A DNA stretch of 64,000 nt, taken from a virus. Below are positions 18,838 to 27,903 of the stretch, in pieces. Location: IMG/VR virus record IMGVR_UViG_3300032053_000003, positions 30,392-94,391 of that record. One strand, given 5' to 3'. A program made the position numbers and the translations under genes. Numbering within the stretch: position 1 is the first letter of the stretch; every line of letters starts with the position of its first letter. The notes beneath the pieces are model-generated. The model did no database searches. It was not told the origin of the DNA and saw nothing but the letters and a program-made list of their open reading frames with translations.

Positions 18838-19106
18838 TACTTATTACCTTTTAAGTACTTCCACTGACTCTTACTCATCAGTGCATCTTTGGTTTGACCT
18901 ACTATCTTACCAGTGATCTTGATGATCCTTCCACACCTATCACAACGGTAAATCTCACTCCAATAGTTATCAGGTTCCACATCTTTTCCGTCTGCATCAC
19001 AAGGGTGAAATCCTTCGGTGTGTGAGGTGTTTCCACAAAGACAGGTCCAGTCTTTATCACCACTAGTTTCATTGATATATAGATCTTCTTTATTTTCCAT
19101 GGTCAT
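18837..19106 (-). CDS. hypothetical zinc-ribbon protein
   Basis: 89-aa ORF, CLCG...CDRCG; GAGAGG SD; motif A upstream. Confidence 0.5.
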   Translation of the reverse strand: MTMENKEDLYINETSGDKDWTCLCGNTSHTEGFHPCDADGKDVEPDNYWSEIYRCDRCGRIIKITGKIVGQTKDALMSKSQWKYLKGNK

Positions 19107-19115
19107 CCTCTCATC

Positions 19116-19149
19116 CCTATAACGGTTTTCACCTTAGCAGTTTGTACAA
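19116..19149 (-). promoter_or_regulatory. conserved promoter-like motif A copy 1 (minus-strand read TTGTACAAACTGCTAAGGTGAAAACCGTTATAGG)
   Basis: Copy 1 of four near-identical 34-bp copies (19116, 20811, 30372, 31538). Each sits about 9-10 nt upstream of the SD/ATG of a minus-strand gene. Confidence 0.5.
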
Positions 19150-19168
19150 ATTTATTCAGCTGCTTTAA

Positions 19169-19525
19169 TTATAATATCTCTCCTGAAATATTTTTAAGAA
19201 ATGCTTTTAGATCTGCAACTTTATCTTTTGGTATTTGAACTGTAACAATAACTGCTGTTTGGGCTTTTTGCCATACCAAGAAAGTCTTTTCAAAGTCTTC
19301 AGTTATGTCTTCATCTGTTACTATGAATCCACCATCAATCTCGATGATGTCAGTATCTTTAAGATTCTCGGTTACATTGACTACAGAGACTCCATTAACT
19401 TTGAATGCTACATCATCGTGGTAGCATCCATTAACCCAGACAAGGGGATCATTATAGAACTTTTTGAATTCGGCACCATTTGTTTTAATCATGACTTCTC
19501 CTTCTTCCATCTTCAATAACCTCAA
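19169..19525 (-). CDS. hypothetical protein
   Basis: 118-aa ORF. Confidence 0.5.
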   Translation of the reverse strand: MRLLKMEEGEVMIKTNGAEFKKFYNDPLVWVNGCYHDDVAFKVNGVSVVNVTENLKDTDIIEIDGGFIVTDEDITEDFEKTFLVWQKAQTAVIVTVQIPKDKVADLKAFLKNISGEIL

Positions 19526-20807
19526 GGCTGGTTACTCTGTTCAGGGTTGTCTCTTTGGTTCCCTGATACTCAGAATGCTTCTTTACAGTAGCCTTTACCT
19601 TAACCACTTCACCAAGCTTGTACCCAGGCTCACCTGAAGCAAACCATACAGCCTTGTCCTTGCCATTCGCTATGAACTTAACAATGGTCTGAAGTCCCCA
19701 GTTACTTTCCTTAGGGTATACACCAATGACTCTTACAATCATCTCTACTCTTTTGCCAACTTCACTGATGTGCTCACTGACACCTGTTACCTGCTCAAGT
19801 CTCTTCTTCTCTTCAAGTCTGTTCTTCTCCCTGAGGTAGCTGTACACCATAGCAGAACCAAGACCAAGGTGACCCATCCCAAATGCTTCTCTCTTTGCCA
19901 GGACCCTGAGGTTGTTCAGGTAGTCACTGGTGGTGTCAGGGTCGATTTGCTTTGCCCACTCAAGGGACTCAGCAGCAGTCTGGGTATCTTCATCAGTAAG
20001 AGGGATCTCTCTACGGAGCTGTTCAGCTGATTTGCCTTTTCCAAAGACATACTCATTTGCTATGTCAGCAGTGGCAGATCCACCACCCATACCCATCTCA
20101 GACTCATTCTTTACCTGGCCTCTGGATTTCCAGCCTAAGGTCCTGATGATAGCAGCAGTCACGGTCATCCAATGTGCTGCTGAGACACTCCAAGAGAAAC
20201 CAATGCCACTACCAAAACCATCAAATTCCTCGGACTCTTTGATCAGGCTCCAAAGGTAAGCACACATCTGAGCTACGTGCTCAGGAGACTCATGACCCAA
20301 GAAGTCTCTGATACAAGAAGAACCAATCCTCTTCTCTGCACCAGACTCCATATGCCTTACGATGTAGGTATTCTTCCTGCTACGGATCTTGTGACAATGA
20401 TCACAGGTATTAGGATCTGTCCTGTACTTCATGTTAAGATCTTCTTCACCAGGAATGGTCTTTATGATGTTGTCTTCACCAAGATGCTCAATAGTAGCAA
20501 CGAACTTCCAACCTGCAAACTTCGGAGGCTGACCCTGGACTTCGATCTCAAAATACTTGATAACCAGGGGGAAGGTAAGCTTTTCATCGGTTATAGGGTG
20601 GTTAGAAAAGGATCTGGTGAACTCTTTAACAACAACATATTCAGGCTGAGTCACACCAAGCTTTACAGCCTTTTTCTGAAGTTTGGCAAAACGAGCTTTG
20701 AACTCTTCCATTCTCCATTCGGGAATAGAGATCGTGGCTACTTTCTCAAGATCTTCGTTCATGTCCACCCAGCCAGTATCGAATTCGTTAGTATTTGTTG
20801 TTACCAT
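19485..20807 (-). CDS. hypothetical protein (440 aa) with CDHCH zinc motif and possible C-terminal OB-like region
   Basis: long ORF; motif A immediately upstream. Confidence 0.55.
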   Translation of the reverse strand: MVTTNTNEFDTGWVDMNEDLEKVATISIPEWRMEEFKARFAKLQKKAVKLGVTQPEYVVVKEFTRSFSNHPITDEKLTFPLVIKYFEIEVQGQPPKFAGWKFVATIEHLGEDNIIKTIPGEEDLNMKYRTDPNTCDHCHKIRSRKNTYIVRHMESGAEKRIGSSCIRDFLGHESPEHVAQMCAYLWSLIKESEEFDGFGSGIGFSWSVSAAHWMTVTAAIIRTLGWKSRGQVKNESEMGMGGGSATADIANEYVFGKGKSAEQLRREIPLTDEDTQTAAESLEWAKQIDPDTTSDYLNNLRVLAKREAFGMGHLGLGSAMVYSYLREKNRLEEKKRLEQVTGVSEHISEVGKRVEMIVRVIGVYPKESNWGLQTIVKFIANGKDKAVWFASGEPGYKLGEVVKVKATVKKHSEYQGTKETTLNRVTSLEVIEDGRRRSHD

Positions 20808-20810
20808 GTA

Positions 20811-20844
20811 CCTATAACGGTTTTCACCCCAGCAGTTTGTACAA
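20811..20844 (-). promoter_or_regulatory. promoter-like motif A copy 2
   Basis: CCTATAACGGTTTTCACCCCAGCAGTTTGTACAA; 31/34 identical to copy 1. Confidence 0.5.
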
Positions 20845-20849
20845 CTATT

Positions 20850-21029
20850 TTACTTTAGTAGTTTCCTTGCCATCCTCTCTATATCAGGATCTAGCCAATC
20901 TCTCTTGGAAGGCAGGGAATCTATGATCTGTCCGAGCACATACTCCAGATCCTTGACCCTCTCACCATAGGTGGCTTCAACAGCTTTTATGATATCGTCC
21001 TTAGTGAGGTTCATTTTATCTCCAGCCAT
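20850..21029 (-). CDS. hypothetical 59-aa protein (MAGDKMNLTKDDIIKAVEATYGERVKDLEYVLGQ...)
   Basis: ATG overlaps the upstream stop as TAATG; fills a gap left by the ORF-track size cutoff. Confidence 0.4.
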   Translation of the reverse strand: MAGDKMNLTKDDIIKAVEATYGERVKDLEYVLGQIIDSLPSKRDWLDPDIERMARKLLK

Positions 21030-21229
21030 TATTTTGCCTCTGTCCTGTAAGGTCGTGGTGTTGTAACCTTCTCTTCAAGCCAGTAAACAAGAACTGAATT
21101 ACATTCTACATTGTATACGGTTCCACATTGTTTACAGGTTACCTTATCAAGAATATGTGGTTCCCAAACAATCCACTTACCACACTTGCACCTATCCCTA
21201 CGTTTCTCCTCACTCATCAGTCTCCTCAC
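21029..21229 (-). CDS. hypothetical zinc-ribbon protein
   Basis: 66-aa ORF, CKCG...CKQCG. Confidence 0.4.
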   Translation of the reverse strand: MRRLMSEEKRRDRCKCGKWIVWEPHILDKVTCKQCGTVYNVECNSVLVYWLEEKVTTPRPYRTEAK

Positions 21230-21446
21230 TTTTTGTTTTTATTGCAATCTTAAGACACAAAGGATGCCTAGCTATCCAACCTTTTTCATTTTCATCCACT
21301 GGTCCGAATAAATAACAATTATTTTTATTATTCAATGACCCTCTGAAGTAGACACAAAAGATCTTTGTATCTGGATTACAACAGGTTGTTTCACCACATA
21401 CTATATCAAAAGATACTTTATATTTCATCACGTTTCTCCAGACCAA
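21210..21446 (-). CDS. hypothetical protein
   Basis: 78-aa ORF. Confidence 0.4.
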   Translation of the reverse strand: MVWRNVMKYKVSFDIVCGETTCCNPDTKIFCVYFRGSLNNKNNCYLFGPVDENEKGWIARHPLCLKIAIKTKSEETDE

Positions 21447-21651
21447 TTTTGACAGCTATGCTCATGCAGTGTTTACAGATGATGCTATGTCTCTTCTGAA
21501 GCTCTATGGCCTCTTTGAAGGTGTGGAGGGTCATAACCTCCAGCCCTTCTTTCAGATGCTGTATATCTTTAACTGAGAGCTTTCTGAGCCACTTCGGTCT
21601 CTTGTCTTTACGCTCCCTTTGTTGCTTTAGAAACTCTTTCCTTGTAAGCAC
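21418..21651 (-). CDS. hypothetical protein
   Basis: 77-aa ORF. Confidence 0.4.
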   Translation of the reverse strand: MLTRKEFLKQQRERKDKRPKWLRKLSVKDIQHLKEGLEVMTLHTFKEAIELQKRHSIICKHCMSIAVKIGLEKRDEI

Positions 21652-21693
21652 TACTTTAGCTCCTTCTTGAGATTGTCATAGAATCCTATGAAG

Positions 21694-21993
21694 TTATGCT
21701 GGCACATCCTGTCCTCTTTCGTAGTAATACTGGCACCTGCCATTGGTATTTACATTGGTGCAGTACTCATCTTTTTGATCAACCTTGCCATTTATACAGT
21801 TGAAGGTAGTTATTAGTTTGCCCCTGCATCGATGGTAATACCACTCAGCATTTTCACGAGATTCGGTGACTCTTTGTTCAAATTGTTCTATGGATTCTGC
21901 CTGAGGTTTACAGGTTAATTGTAAAGAAGTGCAATAGTAGTACTTACACATGATACAAATAGTAGGATCATCTGGTACATCTTTTAAGTCCAT
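21694..21993 (-). CDS. hypothetical Cys-rich protein
   Basis: 99-aa ORF. Confidence 0.45.
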   Translation of the reverse strand: MDLKDVPDDPTICIMCKYYYCTSLQLTCKPQAESIEQFEQRVTESRENAEWYYHRCRGKLITTFNCINGKVDQKDEYCTNVNTNGRCQYYYERGQDVPA

Positions 21994-22296
21994 CTATCGT
22001 TCTCCTTCTTTTTTTGGAACTACTTCTCTATATTTGCCTGTTCCATGACATAAGTGGCAATCCTCAATAGGTTTACCAGGTCTTGTATAATTTAACTGAC
22101 CTCCTATTTGTAAACATATGCAGTTTAATTCTTCCTCTCTCGGTAGGGCATCCCACAAGTCTATTGCAGCCTTCTCAGACAATTGCATAGGACCTCTGAC
22201 ACCACATACACACTGGACAGCAAACATACCTGTAAATAGCTCTGTAACTGCCATTTCATTTGTACATCTGCATACAGTATTTGGACAATTTTTCAT
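21994..22296 (-). CDS. hypothetical Cys-rich protein
   Basis: 100-aa ORF, abuts next gene. Confidence 0.45.
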   Translation of the reverse strand: MKNCPNTVCRCTNEMAVTELFTGMFAVQCVCGVRGPMQLSEKAAIDLWDALPREEELNCICLQIGGQLNYTRPGKPIEDCHLCHGTGKYREVVPKKEGER

Positions 22297-22297
22297 G

Positions 22298-22591
22298 CTA
22301 CTCCTTCAATATGATGTTATTTTTATCAAAATCTTCCAGTTTCTGTATTAAATTTTCGTAACGATTATGAGTAGTAGCTATGTTTTGCAGCAGTCTATTT
22401 CTAACTGCTTTCAAAGCCTCACTGGATGTATCAAAGACTTCTCTATCCTTAGATACCTCTCTGCCTACAGTAGTACTTCTATCAGCACCATGGCTGAAAT
22501 GACGGATAGTACCATCAGAGAAGCACTCTACTTTCAAGATCTGAGTACCTGCAAGAGGCAGCATCCATTTAATAATAGGTTTATCTTCCAT
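22298..22591 (-). CDS. hypothetical protein
   Basis: 97-aa ORF. Confidence 0.45.
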   Translation of the reverse strand: MEDKPIIKWMLPLAGTQILKVECFSDGTIRHFSHGADRSTTVGREVSKDREVFDTSSEALKAVRNRLLQNIATTHNRYENLIQKLEDFDKNNIILKE

Positions 22592-23030
22592 AATTACTCC
22601 TTGCCCTTGCTCTTTCCTCAGGATCTCCTTTTATATAGAAGTACCATATAATGATTGCAATTAATATAAGAGAAAATGCAAATCTTAAAACTAATGCAGT
22701 AAATGCTATAGTTTTAGTAGATCTTAAAGCATCTCTGAGGCAGAGGAAACCATAAATACCTACCCAAAAAACAATAGAGATAGCCATATAGAGCCAATCA
22801 CTATGTGTGTAGTTTACCAAGGCACAAATAAAAGCTATAGCTCCAATGAATGCTGCACTCATGTTATCTATAGAGACTATTTTATGTCCATACAGATTGT
22901 ATGAGTATTCGTGTAAGCACCATAGACCTGCAAAAATACCTACTATACCACCAATAATAGCTAACAATGTTAAGAGTGCCATATCTACTCCTAAGCTTCG
23001 TAGACTGCTAAGCAGCCAGGGTTCTGCCAT
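22581..23030 (-). CDS. hypothetical integral membrane protein (about 4 TM helices)
   Basis: 149-aa ORF with four hydrophobic stretches of about 20 aa. Confidence 0.5.
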   Translation of the reverse strand: MAEPWLLSSLRSLGVDMALLTLLAIIGGIVGIFAGLWCLHEYSYNLYGHKIVSIDNMSAAFIGAIAFICALVNYTHSDWLYMAISIVFWVGIYGFLCLRDALRSTKTIAFTALVLRFAFSLILIAIIIWYFYIKGDPEERARARSNYGR

Positions 23031-23317
23031 TCGATGAATAACCCAAGTTCTCCAGCCCTTTTCTCGATCTTTTCATTGATCCAAGGGTACCCACCACGGA
23101 ATTCACCATAGTAGTCAGCAACACAGGTTTGGCTGTAGCTACACTCAGCAGATATGAACAGTCTGTCTTCTTGCCAGAAAGTAATATCAGGAAGAGTTCC
23201 CTTGAAATTATTGAGGTCACCACCATTTTCCAGCATGAATTTCTTTTCACACTCTATCATGTCCAGGATGATCTTCTGAATGAAATTCTCAAGAGCCTTC
23301 ATCTGTCTTTTAGCCAT
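22991..23317 (-). CDS. hypothetical protein
   Basis: 108-aa ORF; GGAG SD; motif B upstream. Confidence 0.5.
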   Translation of the reverse strand: MAKRQMKALENFIQKIILDMIECEKKFMLENGGDLNNFKGTLPDITFWQEDRLFISAECSYSQTCVADYYGEFRGGYPWINEKIEKRAGELGLFIEWQNPGCLAVYEA

Positions 23318-23336
23318 TTGTTTTGTTCTCCTAATA

Positions 23337-23377
23337 CCTATATGCTTTTCACTTCAACAATTACTACACTTATTTTA
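23337..23377 (-). promoter_or_regulatory. promoter-like motif B copy 1 (ATATGCTTTTCACTTCAACAATTACTACACTTATTTT)
   Basis: Two copies, 36/37 identical (23337 and 23827). Minus-strand core GTGAAAAGCATAT(AGG) resembles motif A core GTGAAAACCGTTATAGG. Confidence 0.45.
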
Positions 23378-23830
23378 CCAAGAGTAATAAAAAACAACAC
23401 TTTCTCCTCTTGGCAGTGTTCCAAGTCTGATTAGGAGTTCAATGATGTCATGATAAGTTAAAGAAATGGCATGGATAGAGTTAGGGAATCTTTCTTCATA
23501 GATACTTTTCCCAAATTTATCTAGAAATTTATTGATATTTACTGGGTTTCCTAAATCTTCCCAAGGATCATATGTGACATACTTGTTGCTGTTTTCGTCT
23601 ATTTTTCTGTACCAAGGTTCATCCAGATATGTGAATATAGAAAAGCACTCTTCTCCCCTCATGTAGCCACATGACCCATCGAGAGCCTTAAAGTCTATTA
23701 CGAGATGTTTCTTTGTTGGGGAATTCCATATTCCCATATGATTAAATTCTAAGCCGGTAAGATCTTCAATCTCGTGCATCATATCTTCTATGTCTATATA
23801 CAAACGATTTTCTGTCTTCATGATATACAT
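23375..23830 (-). CDS. hypothetical protein
   Basis: 151-aa ORF; first gene of minus block; motif B copy 2 spans its start. Confidence 0.5.
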   Translation of the reverse strand: MYIMKTENRLYIDIEDMMHEIEDLTGLEFNHMGIWNSPTKKHLVIDFKALDGSCGYMRGEECFSIFTYLDEPWYRKIDENSNKYVTYDPWEDLGNPVNINKFLDKFGKSIYEERFPNSIHAISLTYHDIIELLIRLGTLPRGESVVFYYSW

Positions 23831-23866
23831 ATGCTTTTCACTTCAACAATTACTACACTTATTTTT
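23827..23866 (-). promoter_or_regulatory. promoter-like motif B copy 2
   Basis: near-identical to 23337..23377; lies in divergent intergenic region. Confidence 0.45.
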
Positions 23867-23923
23867 AGTTTTATTTCCATAAGGCTTGTGTTATAAGGAC
23901 AAATCTTTTGAGGGAGGCTTGTT

Positions 23924-24490
23924 ATGGGTGGTCTGAATTTCTTTAATTTAAGCAATTATCAGTCTGATATACTTATTGAAACAGGTACTGGTGTTGCTCA
24001 TGGTCTGTCATATGCTTTGAAATTTGGTTTTGAAGTATACTTTTCCTGTGAGATTAATGAACAACTGTATACTTCTAATGTAGCAATATTCAAGGGAATA
24101 CCTCATGTTAAACTGTTTAATTGTGATAGTTTGACATTTCTTAATACCATCCTTCCAGTAGTACCCAAGGAAAAGAAGATAGTTTTCTGGTTAGATGCAC
24201 ATTTCCCAGGTGCTGACTTCTTAAATCATGAGAGATCCAGTGAGGATAATAAGATTAATCTACCCCTTACTCATGAAGTAGGTTTGATCTATGAGTATAG
24301 GAAGGGGTGCAAAGATACTATTCTGATAGATGATTTACGTATCTTAATACCCTATGAAAGAGAAAAACTGGAAGAATTAGGTATCTTTTTAAATTATCCA
24401 GGATTGGGCTTCTTGGATTGTTTCAGGGATACACACACCATAAGTGAACATTATGTAGATGAAGGTTATTTGGAGATAGTGCCTATATGA
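23924..24490 (+). CDS. class I SAM-dependent methyltransferase-like protein (Methyltransf_24-like)
   Basis: ILIETGTGVAHG glycine-rich motif I; FWLDAH resembles the LFIDGDH motif of the macrocin/TylF O-MTase family; GAGGGAGG SD. Confidence 0.45.
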   Translation: MGGLNFFNLSNYQSDILIETGTGVAHGLSYALKFGFEVYFSCEINEQLYTSNVAIFKGIPHVKLFNCDSLTFLNTILPVVPKEKKIVFWLDAHFPGADFLNHERSSEDNKINLPLTHEVGLIYEYRKGCKDTILIDDLRILIPYEREKLEELGIFLNYPGLGFLDCFRDTHTISEHYVDEGYLEIVPI

Positions 24491-24993
24491 AAACAAAACA
24501 CATAGAGGTTCTATTTCCTCTTCCAGTAGAGGTTCCACAGGAATTTCACGATAAGTTGGATGTATTATTGAAGCCTCTATCTGAAAGTTCTACTATGGTT
24601 TTTGGAGATCCAGTAAAGAAAAATATCATCACTAAGATAGAGATTACATTCCCTATACCTCTTAATCTCCCTTCTGAGGTTCAGAGGGGCTTAGAAGATC
24701 TCTTACAACCTATCTGTAATAAGTATATGCAGGAACATCCGGATAAGGTGATGTGGTTGTTTGGTAGAGGTTCTAAACCTCTTTGGAGAGAGCCTGAGGA
24801 GCCTGATTGGGATGACTCCATATATTGTATAGAGATTGCTGAGAGGAAAGCTCATCCTAAGGAATTGAAAGCTCACGAGCATCTTCATGTTTGTGCTAAG
24901 TGTAAGGGAGAGGTTGAGGTAATCCCTGAGTCTCAATGTACTGCTGTTTTAAAGTGTAAGAAGTGTGGTCACTGGGATGTGGTGTTATTTTGA
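24487..24993 (+). CDS. hypothetical protein with C-terminal zinc ribbon
   Basis: 168-aa ORF; CAKCKG...CKKCGHW. Confidence 0.5.
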   Translation: MKTKHIEVLFPLPVEVPQEFHDKLDVLLKPLSESSTMVFGDPVKKNIITKIEITFPIPLNLPSEVQRGLEDLLQPICNKYMQEHPDKVMWLFGRGSKPLWREPEEPDWDDSIYCIEIAERKAHPKELKAHEHLHVCAKCKGEVEVIPESQCTAVLKCKKCGHWDVVLF

Positions 24994-25232
24994 AAGGTAC
25001 TGATCATTACCTTCTAAATTTGTTTGTTGTAGGTGATCTTGAGGGAGACTTAATATCTCCTGAAAAATGGCAGGAGCTTTATGCTGAGATGCCTAAAATA
25101 TGTCAAGAGGTAGTAGATCAATCTTCTGATCAATGTATTGGTATAGGAAAAAATGATAAGCTTGGTTGGTTTATTATGGGTTCTGGTCAGGGTCCTGTTT
25201 TATTATGGTCAGAGCATGAGCTAAAGAGATAG
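24963..25232 (+). CDS. hypothetical protein
   Basis: 89-aa ORF. Confidence 0.4.
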   Translation: MWSLGCGVILKGTDHYLLNLFVVGDLEGDLISPEKWQELYAEMPKICQEVVDQSSDQCIGIGKNDKLGWFIMGSGQGPVLLWSEHELKR

Positions 25233-25241
25233 AGGGGATCT

Positions 25242-25517
25242 ATGATACAATCATGTTTGGATCAGTTGAATAAATGGGTAGAAGGTGAGCCTACACACAA
25301 TACTGAAAGAGACGAGTGTTGTCCGGACTTCAGCTGTTGCCATCCTTCAGCCTTTACTAAAGATAAGGTAGAACGTATTAAATTTAGGGATGCTTACCTT
25401 GCAGGGGATACAGAGCTTCAGGAAAAGATGCTGATGATGTTTCTGGCAGGGAGCCTACCAAAGATGACAGATGCCAAGGTTTACATAGCTGGAGATGTAG
25501 ACACTCCTGAAGTGTAA
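25242..25517 (+). CDS. hypothetical protein
   Basis: 91-aa ORF. Confidence 0.45.
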   Translation: MIQSCLDQLNKWVEGEPTHNTERDECCPDFSCCHPSAFTKDKVERIKFRDAYLAGDTELQEKMLMMFLAGSLPKMTDAKVYIAGDVDTPEV

Positions 25518-25520
25518 ATA

Positions 25521-25694
25521 TCAAGGGGCAAGATAGAAGCAGCATACAAGCTGTTTTAGGAGTACTTCCATCTCATTGAACCACTTCTCTTCATCAGGAT
25601 CATGAAGACCTAGAGTGCATTCAGCTTCTTTATAGGCACATTCTTTGAATTTATTTATTATCTCTTTGGCTTCTTGCATTCTAGGATTACCCAT
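25521..25694 (-). CDS. hypothetical 57-aa protein (MGNPRMQEAKEIINKFKECAYKEAECTLGLHDPDEEKW...)
   Basis: AAGGAGAAG SD; ATG overlaps upstream stop as ATGGGTAA; ends 3 nt from the convergent plus-strand gene. Confidence 0.4.
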   Translation of the reverse strand: MGNPRMQEAKEIINKFKECAYKEAECTLGLHDPDEEKWFNEMEVLLKQLVCCFYLAP

Positions 25695-26037
25695 TGTACT
25701 TCTCCTTTAGGAACCTGGTAGCCTCTTTCTCTAAGAAGTCCAGTACTTCAGGAAGCTGCTTGTCTTCCATTTCATCTTTTTTGATGACTGCCTGGAAGAA
25801 TTCTCTGAAGAGTGCTGGGTTCGGAGCTTCATTACAAGGGCATGTTTTATCTTCAGATTCCAGAGCCAAGGATATCAGACCTGCACTGTATCCACGTTTT
25901 TTCATGATGTCATACAGCTGAACCCAGTATCGAGGATTACCTCCTACCAGAGTGTGGAGCACTTTGATCCTGGTTCTCATCTGGCTCTTGAGCTGATCAT
26001 ACCTGTCACAACAGGAACCTCTTTTTGAATAATCCAT
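25687..26037 (-). CDS. hypothetical protein
   Basis: 116-aa ORF. Confidence 0.5.
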   Translation of the reverse strand: MDYSKRGSCCDRYDQLKSQMRTRIKVLHTLVGGNPRYWVQLYDIMKKRGYSAGLISLALESEDKTCPCNEAPNPALFREFFQAVIKKDEMEDKQLPEVLDFLEKEATRFLKEKYNG

Positions 26038-26417
26038 TACTCTACCTCATATGATCTTTCAAGAAGATCATTGTTCTTCTGTTTAGTAATGGCCCTGGAT
26101 ATAACCAGTTCGATAAGGTTAAGGGTACCATCTCTTAGGTAGACATCATGTCCTGTGAGGATCTCATTGATTTTTTCAACAGCTGTTTCTATTATTTTTG
26201 TTTCCTCTTTGGTAAAACCTTCTTTATCATCATATGCTTTGTCCATATAACCCTCCATCCCTTTAGGTAGGTTCTTGCCAGTGATCATTCTGTCAACCGT
26301 GGTTGTGGACAGCCTCAAAGCACGAGCTATCTGAGCTATATTCATATTGGTTGTATGATAGAGATCAAGAGCTGCTTCCCTGTTCTCTTTCCACTTCTTG
26401 ATCTTTTCAGGAGTCAT
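26037..26417 (-). CDS. helix-turn-helix DNA-binding protein
   Basis: NIAQIARALRLSTTTVDRMITGK is a classic HTH. Confidence 0.55.
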   Translation of the reverse strand: MTPEKIKKWKENREAALDLYHTTNMNIAQIARALRLSTTTVDRMITGKNLPKGMEGYMDKAYDDKEGFTKEETKIIETAVEKINEILTGHDVYLRDGTLNLIELVISRAITKQKNNDLLERSYEVE

Positions 26418-26842
26418 TTCTTCAGAGAGATTGAGAAGAGGAAGGTATTGAGGTCCTCAATTAGTTCCTTACATCTTCCAACAGCCTCTTTAACCCTATC
26501 CAGAGACTCACTGGCAACAAGTATTCCCCTGTCATTCCATTTGTCCCAGTAAAGCCTAGAGTAGCCACTATCAGACAGGTAGTACAAATCACCACCTATC
26601 AGCTCCTCAGGAGAGTGAGGCACACATATAAAAGTATGGATGCAGTCACTATAAGGCTTGTTTGTAAGAGCACAATCCAGGAAAGTTATCAGCTCTTTGA
26701 ACTTTTCATTTTTGAACATCTCTACGTTATCAGTAGTCATAGGCTCACCACAAGTTCCACAATTAGCAGGGGTGACCTTGGTTACTGTGAGATCCCTGCA
26801 TCTGTGACATAAATAGGTCTTATCGTGCTTTAATACCTTCAT
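26414..26842 (-). CDS. hypothetical protein with N-terminal zinc ribbon
   Basis: 142-aa ORF; CHRC...CGTCG. Confidence 0.5.
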   Translation of the reverse strand: MKVLKHDKTYLCHRCRDLTVTKVTPANCGTCGEPMTTDNVEMFKNEKFKELITFLDCALTNKPYSDCIHTFICVPHSPEELIGGDLYYLSDSGYSRLYWDKWNDRGILVASESLDRVKEAVGRCKELIEDLNTFLFSISLKK

Positions 26843-27174
26843 GATGTTCTTACCTTTTCCAGGGTAGCATAAATGGAGTGGAGTAAATCACCTTCTGCAT
26901 TCACAATAACAGCCAAGGTGTTCTTCTTTAGCCATACAATTACATCATCTGACAGCATCTCTTCTCTGAGTTTGTTTGATGCTGCATTCATTGCCTGTCT
27001 TTTGGTCATGACAGAGGAGTGCTCCCACATCTTTTTTGAGCTGTCTCTGCTTGTCCTTTCCAGCATAGTTATGTGCCAATTTGCTGGGGACTGCTTAACA
27101 AACTCTATGTGATCACACTCAGAACCACACGGTCTACCTGGGCATGTCTTGGCTGTATGTTGGATTTTTCTCAT
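26839..27174 (-). CDS. hypothetical protein
   Basis: 111-aa ORF. Confidence 0.45.
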   Translation of the reverse strand: MRKIQHTAKTCPGRPCGSECDHIEFVKQSPANWHITMLERTSRDSSKKMWEHSSVMTKRQAMNAASNKLREEMLSDDVIVWLKKNTLAVIVNAEGDLLHSIYATLEKVRTS

Positions 27175-27530
27175 TGCTTCACCATAAAGTCACTGTGATG
27201 ACCTTCTTTATCATTCGGGTACTCTTCATTGTCCATGCCGTGCATCTCACCTTGATCAATCAGATCAATAACCTTGGTACCATCATCCAGTATGTTAGGG
27301 ACTAGTTCACCATACTTTTTATCAATGACCATCCTCACACGTTTAGTGATGAGACTTTTATCAATCATGTGGACTATCTGAACAAGAACATCTTCTTTAT
27401 TGTAGAAATCCTTATCCTCACCTTCTTTGTCAACCTCTCTGGCAAAAAGAAGGATAGGAGTCTCACTGATCACCTGGTAAAGCTTGGTGTGGTGCTGTTT
27501 GAGAGTTATTTTTTCATATGTCTTCATCAT
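27171..27530 (-). CDS. hypothetical protein
   Basis: 119-aa ORF. Confidence 0.45.
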   Translation of the reverse strand: MMKTYEKITLKQHHTKLYQVISETPILLFAREVDKEGEDKDFYNKEDVLVQIVHMIDKSLITKRVRMVIDKKYGELVPNILDDGTKVIDLIDQGEMHGMDNEEYPNDKEGHHSDFMVKQ

Positions 27531-27535
27531 TTTTC

Positions 27536-27862
27536 CTATTCATTAATTTCTATGGAAATGAAATCCTTTCTTGTTTTCTTACAGAGTTTTATAGCTTTAA
27601 TAATGTCTTCATCAGAGACACTCTTCAGATCGTATGCATAGTTGAAATGCCTTATGACACTGCTCAGTTTGCCTTTCTCTTCATATACAGTGGCAAAATT
27701 TCCTGCTGTCCCCATGCTGGAGGCTGTCCATTCTATGACTTTGGTTTCAGAGACTGCCTGATTCATAATCAAATGCTGGGTTTCATTAGGTACTTGATTC
27801 ATAGTCACTCTTTGGGTTTCAACCTTATCTTCATTCATATGTTCCTCGTGGGTTTCAGACAA
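27536..27862 (-). CDS. hypothetical protein
   Basis: 108-aa ORF. Confidence 0.45.
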   Translation of the reverse strand: MSETHEEHMNEDKVETQRVTMNQVPNETQHLIMNQAVSETKVIEWTASSMGTAGNFATVYEEKGKLSSVIRHFNYAYDLKSVSDEDIIKAIKLCKKTRKDFISIEINE

Positions 27863-27903
27863 AAAGGTTTATGAAGGAATTGGGTTTCATTATCCTTGTG
27901 ATT

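Noticed and set aside
10-23000. Plus-strand ORFs inside the minus-strand block (10..204, 538..912, 768..971, 1406..1732, 1701..2039, 3559..3918, 4058..4445, 6220..6453, 7190..7426, 7712..8089, 8999..9283, 10570..10800, 11424..12128, 15043..15573, 15847..16203, 19930..20259, 20277..20858 and similar)
   Set aside because: They are fully overlapped by longer, tightly packed minus-strand genes that have SD sequences. They show low-complexity or hydrophobic shadow-frame composition and have no SD.
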